Shown here in pieces: positions 1 to 47,454 of a stretch of 64,000 nucleotides of DNA. The notes beneath the pieces were generated by a model, which was given only the letters and a program-made list of their open reading frames with translations, was not told the origin of the DNA and did not search any database. The translations under genes and the position numbers were made by a program. Source of the DNA: Hormiphora californensis (taxonomy: Eukaryota; Animalia; Ctenophora); NCBI GenBank assembly GCA_020137815.1, contig CM035353.1, positions 2,046,001 through 2,110,000 of the forward strand, in the 5' to 3' direction. The stretch's first letter is position 1; every line of letters begins with the position of its first letter.

Positions 1-40
1 AAAAATAAAAATAGAACAAGGAGACTCTATATTGTGTTCC

Positions 41-153
<113 letters not shown>

Positions 154-279
154 ATAATAATTGATAGATCAGATTTGTGGTATAGCTTTGGACTGTCCTC
201 AAGTTGTGTATAAGTTATTAAGTTGAGGTTTGTTCAAAGCTATATATGTATCACAAGTCTGATCTATCTATTAGTACTG

Positions 280-450
280 CAGTCGGACCCCGATTTAGGG
301 ACACCCTCGGGGGAAAGGCTTTTGTCCACTAAATCGGGGTGTCCACTAAATCGGGGTCAAATAAGGTTAATTTCCTATATCGGGGGAAAAAATCCTGTCC
401 CTAAATCGGGGTGCCACTAAATCGGGGGCCCCTAAATCGGGGTCCGACTG
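280..450. mobile_element. Tc1/mariner-type MITE, family A (CAGTCGGACCCC...GGGGTCCGACTG, TA target)
   Basis: Terminal inverted repeats with internal TAAATCGGGG repeats. Other copies: 22930-23071, 24824-24908 and 31526-31699; degenerate or partial at ~4403-4533, ~9195, ~33230-33257 and ~34815-34859; long versions at 17274-18493 and 47889-48852. Most are flanked by TA. Confidence 0.85.
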
Positions 451-451
451 T

Positions 452-1410
452 ACATTGAGGACATAATGTGGACACATTATGGATACATTGAGGACACATT
501 GTGGACATATTCTGGACATATTCTAGACACATTGTGCACAAATTGAGGAACCATTGAGGACACATTGGGGACACATTATGTATGGACACATTGTGGACAC
601 ATTATGGACACATTTTAATTTAGGACACATTAAGGACATATTATGGACACATTATGGACACATTATGGACACATTATGGATACATTGAGGACACATTGTG
701 GACATATTCTGGACATATTATGGACATATTGAGGAACCATTGAGGACACATTATGGACACATTGAGGAATCATTTGGGGACACATTGGGGACACATTGTG
801 GACACATTATGGACACATTATGGACACATTATGGACATATTCTAATTTAGGACACATTAAGGACATATTATGGACACATTATGGATACATTGAGGACACA
901 TTTTGGACATATTCTGGACATATTCTAGACACATTGTGGACAAATTGAGGAACCATTGAGGACACATTATGGACACATTGAGGAATCATTTGGGGACACA
1001 TTGGGGACACATTATGGACACATTGTGGACACATTATGGACACATTTTAATTTAGGACACATTAAGGACATATTATGGACACATTATGGATACATTGAGG
1101 ACACATTATGGACACATTGTGGACATATTCTGGACATATTCAAGACACATTGTGGACAAATTGAGGAACCATTGAGGATACATTATGGACACATTGAGGA
1201 ATCATTTGGGGACACATTGGGGACACATTATGGACACATTGTGGACACATTATGGACACATTGAGGAATCATTTGGGGACACATTGTGGACACATTGTGT
1301 ATGGACACATTATGGACATATCATGGACACATTATGGATACATTGAGGAACCATTGAGGACACATTGTAGACATATTCTGGACATATTCTGGACACATTA
1401 TGGACACATC
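452..1410. repeat. Minisatellite built on an ~11-bp GGACACATTAT/GT unit with higher-order blocks
   Basis: Dozens of ggacacattat, ggacacattgt and ggacatattct variants; longer blocks such as aattgaggaaccattgagg recur. Confidence 0.9.
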
Positions 1411-1866
1411 GTGTTTAGTTCTACGTTTTGAACAAAGGCAAAACACTTCAGTTTTGTTCTGGCCGTAAGAAGTTGTTATTAAAAGATCATTACAAAATGT
1501 ATACTTTCAAAATGTATACTTTCAACTTGAATATCAATATCATAACTTTCTGGCTTTTTACTACCTTTCTCGCTCACTTCTATCACGTCCTACAGCTCTG
1601 CGACTGACACTGACACTGAGTATGACTCTCATGCTGACACTGAGTATATGACTCTCACTGACACTGACACTGAGTATGACTCTCACCGAGTAAAGTCAGT
1701 CCTTAAATAAAATTAACAATATATATAAGCTCTTTATCTTCCTCTGATATGCAATATCTGGCTCCTTCTCACTCTGATTATACTCCGATATGTTCTGAGA
1801 AGAATCATAGAGCTAGTATCTGCTGCCACACAGCTCTCTCTCTATCTCTCTAAAACAATATATAGT

Positions 1867-4800
1867 TCACGGCACACGATCCTCTTTTGTTGCATTGTCT
1901 GTAGTTATCGTGATTTCTCCCTGTTGTGGCTCAAACTTCACTGCCGCAGCATTGGCAATGACCTTAGTTCGGTGAAGTGAGTCATCATCACTAACTTCGG
2001 AGGATGAGGAGCATGAGGATCCATTACTTCTGAACTTGTAGTTTTCCAAGGGGTCTACTTTTACACCTGAAATAGAGCTGTTTAGGGGGCGATGTAAACT
2101 AAAGGATCCTCCATAGCAATTGTTTTGTTTTGATAATAGCAGTTTATAGGGCTGCTCTGTGATTCACAATCACATGGATCAGCGCATGGTTTATATCCCC
2201 CTATATCAGTACCTCGCTCTTGTAGTGGGTGGTGTTAGTAACACTGTTACTAAGGGGGGGGGTGTACTAGTGGAGGGGAGGGGTGTTGTACCTCGCTCAT
2301 GTAGTGGGTGGTGTTACTAAGGGGAGGGGGGGGGGGTGTACTAGTGGAGGGGTGATGTACCTCGCTGATGTAGTGGGTGGTGTTAGTAACTCTGTTACTA
2401 AGGGGGGGGGGGGGGGGTGTACTAGTGGAGGGGTGATGTACATACCTCGCTGTTGTAGTGGGGGTGTTACTAAGAGGGGGGGGGGGGGTGTACTAGTGGA
2501 GGGGAGGGGTGATGTACCTCGCTCTTGTAGTGGGTGGTGTTACTAAGGGGGGGGGGGTGTACTAGTGGAGGGGTGATGTACATACCTCGCTGTTGTAGTG
2601 GGGGTGTTACTAAGAGGTTGGATCCATCGCATCCTATTCTCGCTCCGCGAATAATAGGATGCCGGCCCGTTGAGAGCAAGAACTCACGTGCGCGCGATAT
2701 AAAGCACGTTTTCAGCAGATCGCGCGTGATAGACCGTTTTTGGAGACCTTTTTAGCTGACCTAGCACTACTCAAAGGTCAATTATGGCCTCATTTCGCAT
2801 CGTGATGAATCGGCGGGTATTTTCCCATACTCACAAGGCCATGACGATTCACCCAGTACCCGCAGATTGTCTCAGGACCGAGTAGGAGCTTGCAGCCAGG
2901 TCTTTAAAGAATTGCTCATGTTTAGCGTCAATTTTAACCCACTATTCCTCAAATGCTGATACTCGCGGGTATTTTCCGTAAAACTAGAGACAATTAGCTG
3001 CCAGGAGCAACAAACGAGATGCAAATCGGTTCAGTAGTTCCTTGCAGCCAGGTCTTTGAAAAAGTTTGCTCTAAAATCAATAACGCGCCGGAGGCCTAGA
3101 TGTGAGATCGATCTCGGTCGCTGCGCGACCTCGATCTCACTCAGGCATCAATGTGGCCAAACTAAGAGGGGGGGGGGGGGTGTACTAGTGGAGGGGAGAG
3201 GTGATGTACCTCGCTCATGTAGTGGGTGGTGGGTGGGGGGGGGGGGGGGTGTACTAGTGGAGGGGTGATGTACCTCGCTGATGTAGGAAGTCAGTAAGGA
3301 ATGTGACTCCAATGGCAACGGCAAAGTGAAGGAGCATTATCGTTAGTCGGAAAGGGAAGTTTTGGAATCCTATAGCTCCTACACCTTCTCCCTCCTGAAA
3401 TATAGGTGATCATGTTAGTTGTAGAAATATGTGGGGGGGGGGGCAGAAAAGCCAGGCCATGAAGCCAGATTCAACCCAGATTTCAGGGTAGGTTTGACTT
3501 TTTGGCCTTGCCCTCCCCCCAATATAAGAATGCAGCTGTTTATAATATCAGCCCTACAGCTCTACTTATACCATATATTTGGTAACCTAGCTGCTAGCTG
3601 AACCTACCACGTAACCAGGGAAACGGAGAATTGCTTCAAAACCGAGAACTGGCTCCCCTGAAAGGACCCGGAGTAGTAGTGCCAAGGAGAACCCAGAGAC
3701 CATTCCGTATCTGTTGACATACTTGCTGCCGTATAGAACGAGCACCAAGTGAGGGAAGAGTAGCACGTAGACAAGGTCACTGAAACAATGGGGTGGTGTT
3801 ACTAGGGTGGTGTTACTAGGGGACGTTACTAGGGGTTGTTGCTAGGGGGTGTTGCTAGGGGGTGTTACTAGGGGGGATGGTGTTACTAGGAGGGGGTGGT
3901 GTTACAAAGGGGGGGGTGGTGTTACTAGGAGGGGGGTGGTGTTACTAGGAGGGGGGTGTTGCTAGGGGGTGGTGTTGCTAGGAGGGGTGGTGTTACTATA
4001 GCACTCAGTTACACACACTCAAACGGGGTATGTGCCGCCAGACATAGTCAATATCAGACATAGTCAATATATTGACAGGTTATGATAGTTAGGATGGCAA
4101 TTTCTAGGCAAGATTTGATGGTTTATACCTGCAAATGACGTATAGCCCGTAAACAGATTTTACAGTTATGGCGATTACCATGGCAATAAGTGTGTTACAT
4201 ACGATTGTCACCCTTAACACCCACACTAACACTCTGAAAAGTTAATAATTAATTAATTAATTAACTATAATTAGTTATAATAATAATTAGTTATTGATTT
4301 GAAATAAACTTTAAATTTTAGAACTTTTACTTCAGAACTGTAGTTAGAACCGCAGCAACAATAAAATGACGGCCATGTAGCAACTATATATGATATAGGC
4401 TACAGTCGGATCCCGATTTACCGGCCCCCCAATTTACCGGAAGGATGAAATTCCTCCGATAAAGGAAATTAACGGTATTAGACCCCGATATACAGGGCAC
4501 ACTTTCCCTAACCATCCCTGTAAATTGGGGTACTACAATGAAGAAAGTTATTACTTACTTATCAGAGGCATGAGGGCTAAGGACTTTCTGGTAGACATTT
4601 CGTGTGAACATGGAGCTAACACCAAGTACAGAACTGTCTGTTGAACTCATCACTGCCGCAGACACCGCTCCAAGACCTGATGGGAGGGGGTTGTGGAGGT
4701 ACACAACTGATGGGGGTGCCACTTTTTAGGGGATCACGGGCGGGGAAAATATATTTGAATTCTTCTTACCGATGAAGGAGACAACTGGAGGACACAGTTT

Positions 4801-7800
4801 ACTAAGGCACAGTGGAACAGCTAGTTTGTAAGCTCCTTCCTCTAGGTTAGCTCCGTTAGCAGTCACCCAGTCCGTGTTGATAGTGATAACTCCCATGATA
4901 ACAGGGGGTATGGCAGCCAGGAAACACCCAACACCAGCACAATAGGATAGAACACGGGCTACCTATAGAAGGGGGAGGGGTTACCATGGTAACTAGGATT
5001 ATCTAGGTGAGTGTGATAGTGATAACTCCCATGATAACAGGGGGTATGGCAGCCAGGAAACACCCAACACCAGCACAATAGGATAGAACACGGGCTACCT
5101 ATAGAAGGGGGGGGGGGTTACCATGGTAACTAGGATTATCTAGGTGAGTGTGATAGTGATAACTCCCATGATAACAGGGGGTATGGCAGCCAGGAAACAC
5201 CCGACACCAGCACAATAGGATAGAACACGGGCTACCTATAGAAGGGGGAGGGGTTACCATGGTAACTAGGATTATCTAGGTGAGTGTGATAGTGATAACT
5301 CCCATGATAACAGGGGGTATGGCAGCCAGGAAACACCCAACACCAGCACAATAGGATAGAACACGGGCTACCTATAGAAGGGGGAGGGGTTACCATGGTA
5401 ACTAGGATTATCTAGGTGAGTGTGATAGTGATAACTCCCATGATAACAGGGGGTATGGCAGCCAGGAAACACCCAACACCAGCACAATAGGATAGAACAC
5501 GGGCTACCTATAGAAGGGGGAGGGGTTACCATGGTAACTAGGATTATCTAGGTGAGTGGGATAGTGATAACTCCCATGATAACAGGGGGTATGGCAGCCA
5601 GGAAACACCCGACACCAGCACAATAGGATAGAACACGGGCTACCTATAGAAGGGGGAGGGGTTACCATGGTAACTAGGATTATCTAGGTGAGTGTGATAG
5701 TGATAACTCCCATGATAACAGGGGCCGGTATGGCAGCCAGGAAACACCCAACACCAGCACAATAGGATAGAACACGGGCTACATATAGAAGGGGGAGGGG
5801 TTACCATGGTAACTAGGATTATCTAGGTGAGTGTGATAGTGATAACTCCCATATGATAGAAGGGGGAAGAGTGGGTTATATATAATCCATATTATATAGT
5901 GGTCTTATTATCATGGGGGAAGGGCCGTGTATTTTACCTACAATCCATTACTATACCTGTGGTGTTTTTGATGACAGGACACGCTGGAAATACGCCTGCC
6001 AGGGGATGCCGCCACAGATCATCATAATAAGACCATCAACCCACAGAGAGGGGTATTCTATCTCACCCAGTACGCTCTTTGTCTTGTTTACCAGGACATC
6101 ATTTTCAAGGATCGTGAAGTTCACTGTCTCCTAATTAGATGGGGGAGGGGGGTAAATTATAGCAATTGGGTGTAGTACCATGGTTGTTTGAAGGGAAAAA
6201 TTCTTGACAAGTCTGGGTAACCCATAACCGCAACCGTCTTCATCCAATGTTACCCTGGTACAATATGGTTTACTTCTCATAGTCTACCGAGTCAGGAAAT
6301 ACTGGTCCCTGATTGGCTGATAACCAGTCACGTGATCTAAATAACGAGTTCTGATTGGTTGTTTACTTAATTCGGTCGGTTCCTGCCTACTATACTGACC
6401 TGGAGGGGAGATGTCACGTTCTCATTGGTTATCATGAACGGTAGAGCCAGGATGAGTCCGACAAAGATGGAGATTAGTTGGAAAACATCCGTAAAGGCAA
6501 CAGAGTAAAGACCTGAAGAAAGATAATACCGTATATCATTATTTTTATCAACGTCTAGTTTTCTAAAATATTGACCGATTATCCTCCTCTTCTCTCCTTT
6601 TACCCCTCGCCTCTCTCGTTCTCACTCTCCATCTCGCCCTCTCTCTCCCCAGTCCCCGTTCCCATCTCCTCCTCAGTCTCTCTATGTTATAAATCTCTCC
6701 CTCAAGCTCACCCAGTCTCCCTTCCCATCTCCGCCTCTCTACATGTTAACACACACCTCTCTTCACCCAGCTTTAACATACCTCCAAAAAGGGTGTAGAC
6801 CATAGCAAACATGGCGGATACTATGATCGACGTATTCTCACTGATCAGACCCTGACAAATGACCTGGAGGGAGGAGCCCAGGGCAGCAAGGATGGCAGCA
6901 GACCAGAGGATCTCTCCGGAGAAGGCGGGGATGTACAGCAGAGATCCCAACTTTCTTCCGTATTTCACCTGATAAATATGATGTTGGGTAAGAGAGCTTT
7001 CGAGAGGGAGTAAACTGTAAAGGATGTTGAATTTTTGGTTGGTAAAGAAAGACACTTGTTATATGACTCTGAGAACATAAAATTTATTCTTAGTATAGAG
7101 TCAGTAAATAGGTTAAATGATAATATGTTCTAACCTTCCTTTACATTTGTAAAAGTGTGGGTGAGACATACCTGGAAGGGGTCGAGCATGGTGATGAATT
7201 TCATGGCTCGCATCTTCTTGGCAAAGAACAGCCCACCAATACAGAGAGATGTTGCGAAACAGAACGGGGCTTGACAGTTCAGCTGCAGGAGATTGCATTA
7301 TAAATTAGCTAAAAGTATCACAAAATTATCCAGCTAGATAACATGAGTCTCAAATGATAAAGCAGTATTCTGGAATTTCAACTTACAATTCCACCGCTAA
7401 TGACGGCTTCTGCGGCACCGTTAATGTAGCCTCCCCCTACCCATGTTGCCGTCATTGTAAAGATTCCAACCGCGTAGTTAATGTTCCTTCCTGTGTGGAA
7501 ATCGGACTAGGTCATTCCGTGGGGGGAGGGGGGGGGGGGTGTTTTCAATGTTCATTCCTAACAACACCTATACAGCTAGCCTCTATGATTGTACTAGCTC
7601 TCTATTATCTTCCTACAGTACTCACCAGCTAGCATCAGATCCTCGGTATTAGTTAGTCCAGATTCACCGTTATCTGCAGGCTGCTGTTTCTTCTTCCCAT
7701 TCATCATCTCCATTAATCTGAAACGAGGGCGCCTATCAACACAAGCTGTAAAATGATTTTGTCAAAGGGGGTGTTAGCTGTGATATATGTGGTGTATAGG

Positions 7801-9113
7801 TAATAGTTTTTGGAGATCTATTTTAATTGGCGAGGGGGTTAGAAGTAGGTTTGTAAATGTAAAAACACCGAAGTATTAAAAACTTAAAATAGTTGCGGGT
7901 CCTCAGTGCAGTAGAGATGGTGAAATTGTGTCCGGATAATGTATGAATTCAGTGTGTGATGTTTTTGAGATCATTATATGAGCTGGCTAAAGGAAAACCC
8001 TATCAAAAATAGCTTTTTTGTGAAATGAGACTTAAATTATTGATTGGGTTTCCATTTAGGGAGAGAGAAAAGGCAAGAGAATTTTGATCAGAGTAACATG
8101 TGAGGTTTTATAGTTTCGTCTGATATATATATTAGTGAGAGCGGCTAGATCATGTTCCCGCCGAAAGTCGCCTGATTTGCGCATTGTCATAGCTACTTCA
8201 TATCTTAAATCAAATGGTCCGTAAGTTTCTGATAGATCTCATCAAGAAATCTACGAAAATGATAAAGAACATATTATTTGAATGCTCGAACTGAAGGGAG
8301 CTATGACGGGAGCAACTGCAGAGCTGCTGATCTAACCGCCCCTACTATATATATAGTGTGAGGGGTGTGTGTGTGATGGGTGTGTGTGATGGGTGTGTGT
8401 GAGGGGTGTGTGTGTGTGATGGGAGGGTTTATTGCACGTATAAGTAGACGTTCACCTCACTGTAATTTACTACAGTTGAAGAGTTGCCGGGAACGTTGCT
8501 GGACCAGATTCCGAACATTCCGACTGAGCTGCAGAGATAATGTACTACCACCTGGGTATAGTCGCGGGAAATGTTGTTGACACACACAGACACACACACA
8601 GACATGAAAACTGTACTGACACACACACAGCTACACACACACTTACACACAGATATATGAAAACTGTACTCGAGAACTGACGAAAACTGTACTGGCAAAC
8701 TGACAAAAACTGACATTGATCAGAAACAAACAGAACAACAAATATTATATAATTTTTTGGATGAGTTGGACAAGTACCTACAGACCAGGAACCGACCGAA
8801 TCAGGAAATACTGGTACCTGATTGGCTGATAACCAGTCACGTGACCTAAATAGCGAGCTCTGATTGGTTGTTTACTTGGTTCGGTCGGTTCCTGCTACAG
8901 ACTAACAACCGATGTGAAGCTTCAATTAACTTTATGAATTTTTGTGATAAATATGTGGTTAATATGGACAGCTCTAATCTATATATCAAGGACAGTCACG
9001 TACCGTTTAGCGAAAAGCCCAGCAAAAAGGATGAGGAAGTAGAAGAAGATCAGGCCTCCAATACCCACCCAATCAACCGCAGGTTTAACTTCATTATCCA
9101 TCACTCCGGTCAT
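1867..9113 (-). CDS. SLC5A7: High-affinity choline transporter-like sodium:solute symporter (SLC5A7/CHT1 family), 12 coding exons
   Basis: Manual splicing gives one in-frame chain of GT-AG exons: 9113-9004 ([36 protein letters not shown]), 7717-7625, 7492-7387 ([21 protein letters not shown]), 7282-7172 ([22 protein letters not shown]), 6968-6782, 6512-6400 ([12 protein letters not shown]), 6131-5957 ([14 protein letters not shown]), 4961-4770, 4675-4559 ([16 protein letters not shown]), 4233-4129, 3779-3608 ([10 protein letters not shown]), 3393-3274, then terminal exon 2066-1867 (stop). The motifs are hallmark CHT1 sequences. Exact exon count may be 13 including the terminal exon. Confidence 0.9.
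2209..3285 (-). repeat. Donor-anchored G/C-rich minisatellite in the last SLC5A7 intron
   Basis: Variable ~55-70-bp units, each re-creating the exon end and donor (...TACAxxAGCGAG|GTAC on minus). Interrupted by the insertion at 2618-3160. Confidence 0.8.
2618..3160. mobile_element. 543-bp insertion with 9-bp target-site duplication (MULE-like non-autonomous element)
   Basis: ACTAAGAGG is duplicated at 2609-2617 and 3161-3169 and splits a repeat unit seen intact at ~2461-2500. Ends are TTGG...CCAA with only a weak TIR. Confidence 0.65.
3790..3998. repeat. GGTGTTACTAGG-type minisatellite
   Basis: About 12 variable units in an SLC5A7 intron next to the acceptor at 3780. Confidence 0.85.
4876..5851 (-). 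repeat. 136-bp x ~7 tandem array of acceptor plus first 86 nt of an SLC5A7 exon
   Basis: Periodicity is about 136 bp (ttaccatggtaactagg at 4981, 5118, 5254, 5390, 5526...). Each unit carries CTATAG|GTAGCCCGTGTT... on minus; only the last copy continues into the true exon. Confidence 0.95.
8786..8894. mobile_element. 109-bp hAT-type MITE, family B (CAGGAACCGACCGAA TIR, 8-bp TSD)
   Basis: TSDs: CTACAGAC here, TTTTATAC at 22586-22694, TCAATTAC at 23660-23768 and CAAAATAA at ~28422-28534. Further copies at ~6285-6385, 13912-14009, 26451-26559, 32431-32540, ~32993-33087, 34365-34473, ~35275-35374 and 53103-53210. Confidence 0.9.
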
Positions 9114-9316
9114 TTTTCTTCAATCTTGCCCCGTTTTGCTAAACAAAATAGTACATGTAAAGTGTCAAACTAAATGTAAAGTAAATATAATAGTACAGTC
9201 GGACCCCGATTTAACGGGTCCGAATGTACACATTAGTGGAAAAGTTGACATAAATTTGGCGGTTACTGATTAGGTTTGGAGTAGAAACTATTTCAAAACA
9301 AGGTATGTACTACGCA

Positions 9317-9530
9317 CATTGGGGGTTGAGGGATAGCTCGTCTCCGGCTTCTGTGCTCCAAAAACGGGTGTGACAGGATTCCACTGCATGGGGTGATCTG
9401 TGACTTGGATTTCTTTTCAAGCTGAATCTAAAGAAATCCAAGTCACAGATCACCCAATGCAGTGGAACCCTGTCACACCCGTTTTTGGAGCACAGAAGCC
9501 GGAGACGAGCTAACCCTCAACCCCCCATGT
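9317..9530. mobile_element. Palindromic MITE with 15-bp flanking direct repeat
   Basis: About 100-bp near-perfect arms around a ~12-bp loop; GGTATGTACTACGCA at 9302-9316 and 9531-9545. Confidence 0.8.
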
Positions 9531-10240
9531 GGTATGTACTACGCAGGTTTGCAGAATTTACTCTCCTGCAAAAGCTAGTACTGAAGAAGCTTGACTAGCT
9601 CGACGTCCCCTTTACAAATGTTAAGGAGCTAGTTAGAACAAGAATCTCCTGATGGTGAAACACAAACAGGTTTGTTCAGATTTATACCCCTCCTTTCCTG
9701 GTGTTGAAGCGGCGCGTGAGTCACGAGTTTCAAGTGTCACGTGTCTCATGTCTTAATTTGATAACTAAGCTCTGTACCCAAGTCACAGGAAAATTAGGCA
9801 CGCATTATCATAGGAGCTCAGTGCAATATGAGGACCCAAAGGAAGTGTAGGAAATTAAAAGGCCGTGGCAATTTAAGTTTTTAAAGGACTGGGTAACATA
9901 CCCGAGTTCTTTTTGTAAGTTGGTTTTTGAAGAACGTACTATTAATAGGGCAACCCTGCAGACTTGTTCAGACACTGTCTGATGCATCTCTCTTGAGTGC
10001 CACCCCAGCTCCTTCCCGTGAAACAGCACTCAGCAGTATGAATTCGAGGTCCTGCTATTCCTTTCAGTAAATTCAATCACTAATCCAATATAAATATAAC
10101 ACCCCCATCAGCAATTGAATCAAACTGTGCCCCACTACCATGTGTGATTTCAGATTCCCAGATTCACTGGAGCACCCTAATAAGATTATTATTCGTTTCA
10201 GAGGACTGTTTTTATCACGCCGCCTCTCTCTCTCTCTCTT

Positions 10241-10372
<132 letters not shown>

Positions 10373-11723
10373 CGGTCATTCGAAGTTCGACTTCCCACTT
10401 TAATAGGGCTCCGATAACAGTAACGCCGTGGTGGCTGCAACGAAATTATCGAACACGGCGTCAAACAATAACCATTGTGGAATCAATAGAATTACTTTCA
10501 AATATATATTGCGGATGCCGCGGTAACCTTGGTAACGACTATCGAAATTACCCCTACCTTGCAGGCACTCTAAAACTTGCCTTGTTCGACCCTCCCCGCG
10601 ATAAAATAAAATATAAAGGGTTCGAACAAAACAATCTAAAACGTGCTATACCGCAATATGCCTCAGGTACGAGGGTTAATTTCGATACCAAGAGCCAAGC
10701 CGGTCATTCGAATTGATCTGATTAATCAATAATCGGGTAAAATCATTGGCAATGACAATTTAGCTGTAGCAATGACTCATTGCTACAGCTAACGAGCACA
10801 CCAGAATTCAATTCATTGGGAGCCAACCCGGATATAACATTCCCCACCACAAACTTACCTACAGCTGCTTTTTCCTCCGTTCATTCTTGGCGTCCAACAT
10901 CATATTACTATGATTTATAGTTGGAAGGGTGTCAATAGTGCCTCCTGCCGGTATCATGCCCACCATCATCAGATCCTCATTTCATCCTTCCATTGCTATT
11001 ATGAGACCTGCAGAGGAAGAGGGGTAATTCTGTATAGAAACAAAATGATTATTCAAATGATAACGGACAATGTTTTTCATTGTCCGACAATTACAAATGG
11101 AGAACATTTACTGATCTTGTAGAAGAGCGCTTATAGGTACTCGTATCTTGTGAGAACTGAGAGTTCCAACTCCGCGAAATAGGTCCAGCACGATGCCTGC
11201 TACTGATAGATGTAAGTGTCAGTATCATTATAAATAAACTGTCTGACTTGGCATGATGTTCACAATTTTTTAGAAATTTATAAATTCTTGGGGTTTGTGG
11301 TTTGTGTGCAAATTAATTAAAGATACATTATATAATCAGAAAATATATAATCATTCACTGCACATCTCTATGCCAATCTCACGAGTCTTCTGTTTTGATT
11401 TTTCACACTGCCAGCTGTCTCCAATAAACTCTGTCTGGCGGCCTGATCTGAGCGCACTTGAGAATCAAAGACAGAGCACTCTGACCCACACAAATCATGT
11501 CACAGACACTCTGACCCACACAAATCATGTCACAGACACCCACACTCACACTCACACAGGCTAAAAAACACAGCTTGAATGTTCGTTAACTTCTTCTGTG
11601 TCCCATCGAATGTGACATTGCAGCATTTCTCTCCTCTCCATCCTTTGGAAATGGGCGATACCCCAGCTGTACTCCATTAATCTATACCGTGTGCAAATAT
11701 CAGCACCACACAGCTGCACTCCA

Positions 11724-23870
<12,147 letters not shown>

Positions 23871-24471
23871 GGTGTAGCTGCAACATAACATGATGGGTGG
23901 AGGCGGTGGTTAGGTGATTAACGGAGTGGTGAAGTGGTTACTGGAGGGTGAAGTGGCTACTGGATGGGGCGGGGGAGGAGGGGCGGATGGTTATTGAAGT
24001 GGTTAAGGGATGAGTGGTGAAGTGGTTAAGGGATGAGGGGTCGTGAAGTGGTTACGGTTATAAGAGGGAACATGAGGGGGAAATAAGACACACAATGTTG
24101 TGGTAAAAAACTGGGACAAAATTCAGAAATGGATATACACTCTCATTCGAATATACAATTATATATTGGGTCACGAACAATATACCCTCTTCTGGATCCC
24201 TTTCTTCCCCACCTTTTTATATAAATTCCTTCTTAAAGCGCCTCGATTTAAATGCTACAACAACTTAAAACTGAAAACAGTACATGACATTTTAACGGAA
24301 AGCTATGTTACATTTTCTAGGGTTAGCTTGCTGAGTTATAACACACAGCAAAGGGTTAACCACTCATCCAAATAGGGTCACAAACCACAAACAAACAAAC
24401 CTCAAACACAAACAAAAACAACCCCGAACCACTTTCACACAACCAACCCCATACTGACAACACACACGGTT

Positions 24472-47123
<22,652 letters not shown>

Positions 47124-47454
47124 CTTACTAAAGGTGGTAAGGTGTCAAGTCTTCTTAAATTTAACAAATCAAGGGGTGGGGTGTCAAATCTTACTAAATT
47201 TAAGAAATCTAGAAATTAGGTGCGGCGAGAAATATAATTTTACATATAATTTTGTCTGACAGGAGGGAGGAGGGGATTGAATTCCTAGAAAGATCGGGGT
47301 GCGGTTTTTGGGAAGAAAGATTTAACTTCATAACTTTTAAATAATGACTATTATATAGCGAGAGGGGTGATGCTACAAGGGAGTGGTTAACGATGGTCGG
47401 TAGTTTAGTAAAACATCACTTGAAACAGTAAATTTATCATAAATTGACATTTAA

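Noticed and set aside
10857-11210. Exon-like minus-strand segments bounded by AG/GT between RNF41 and SLC5A7 (also ~8455-8550)
   Set aside because: The 10857-11008 segment has stops in all frames and none of these segments has recognisable homology; they could be UTR exons but cannot be supported.
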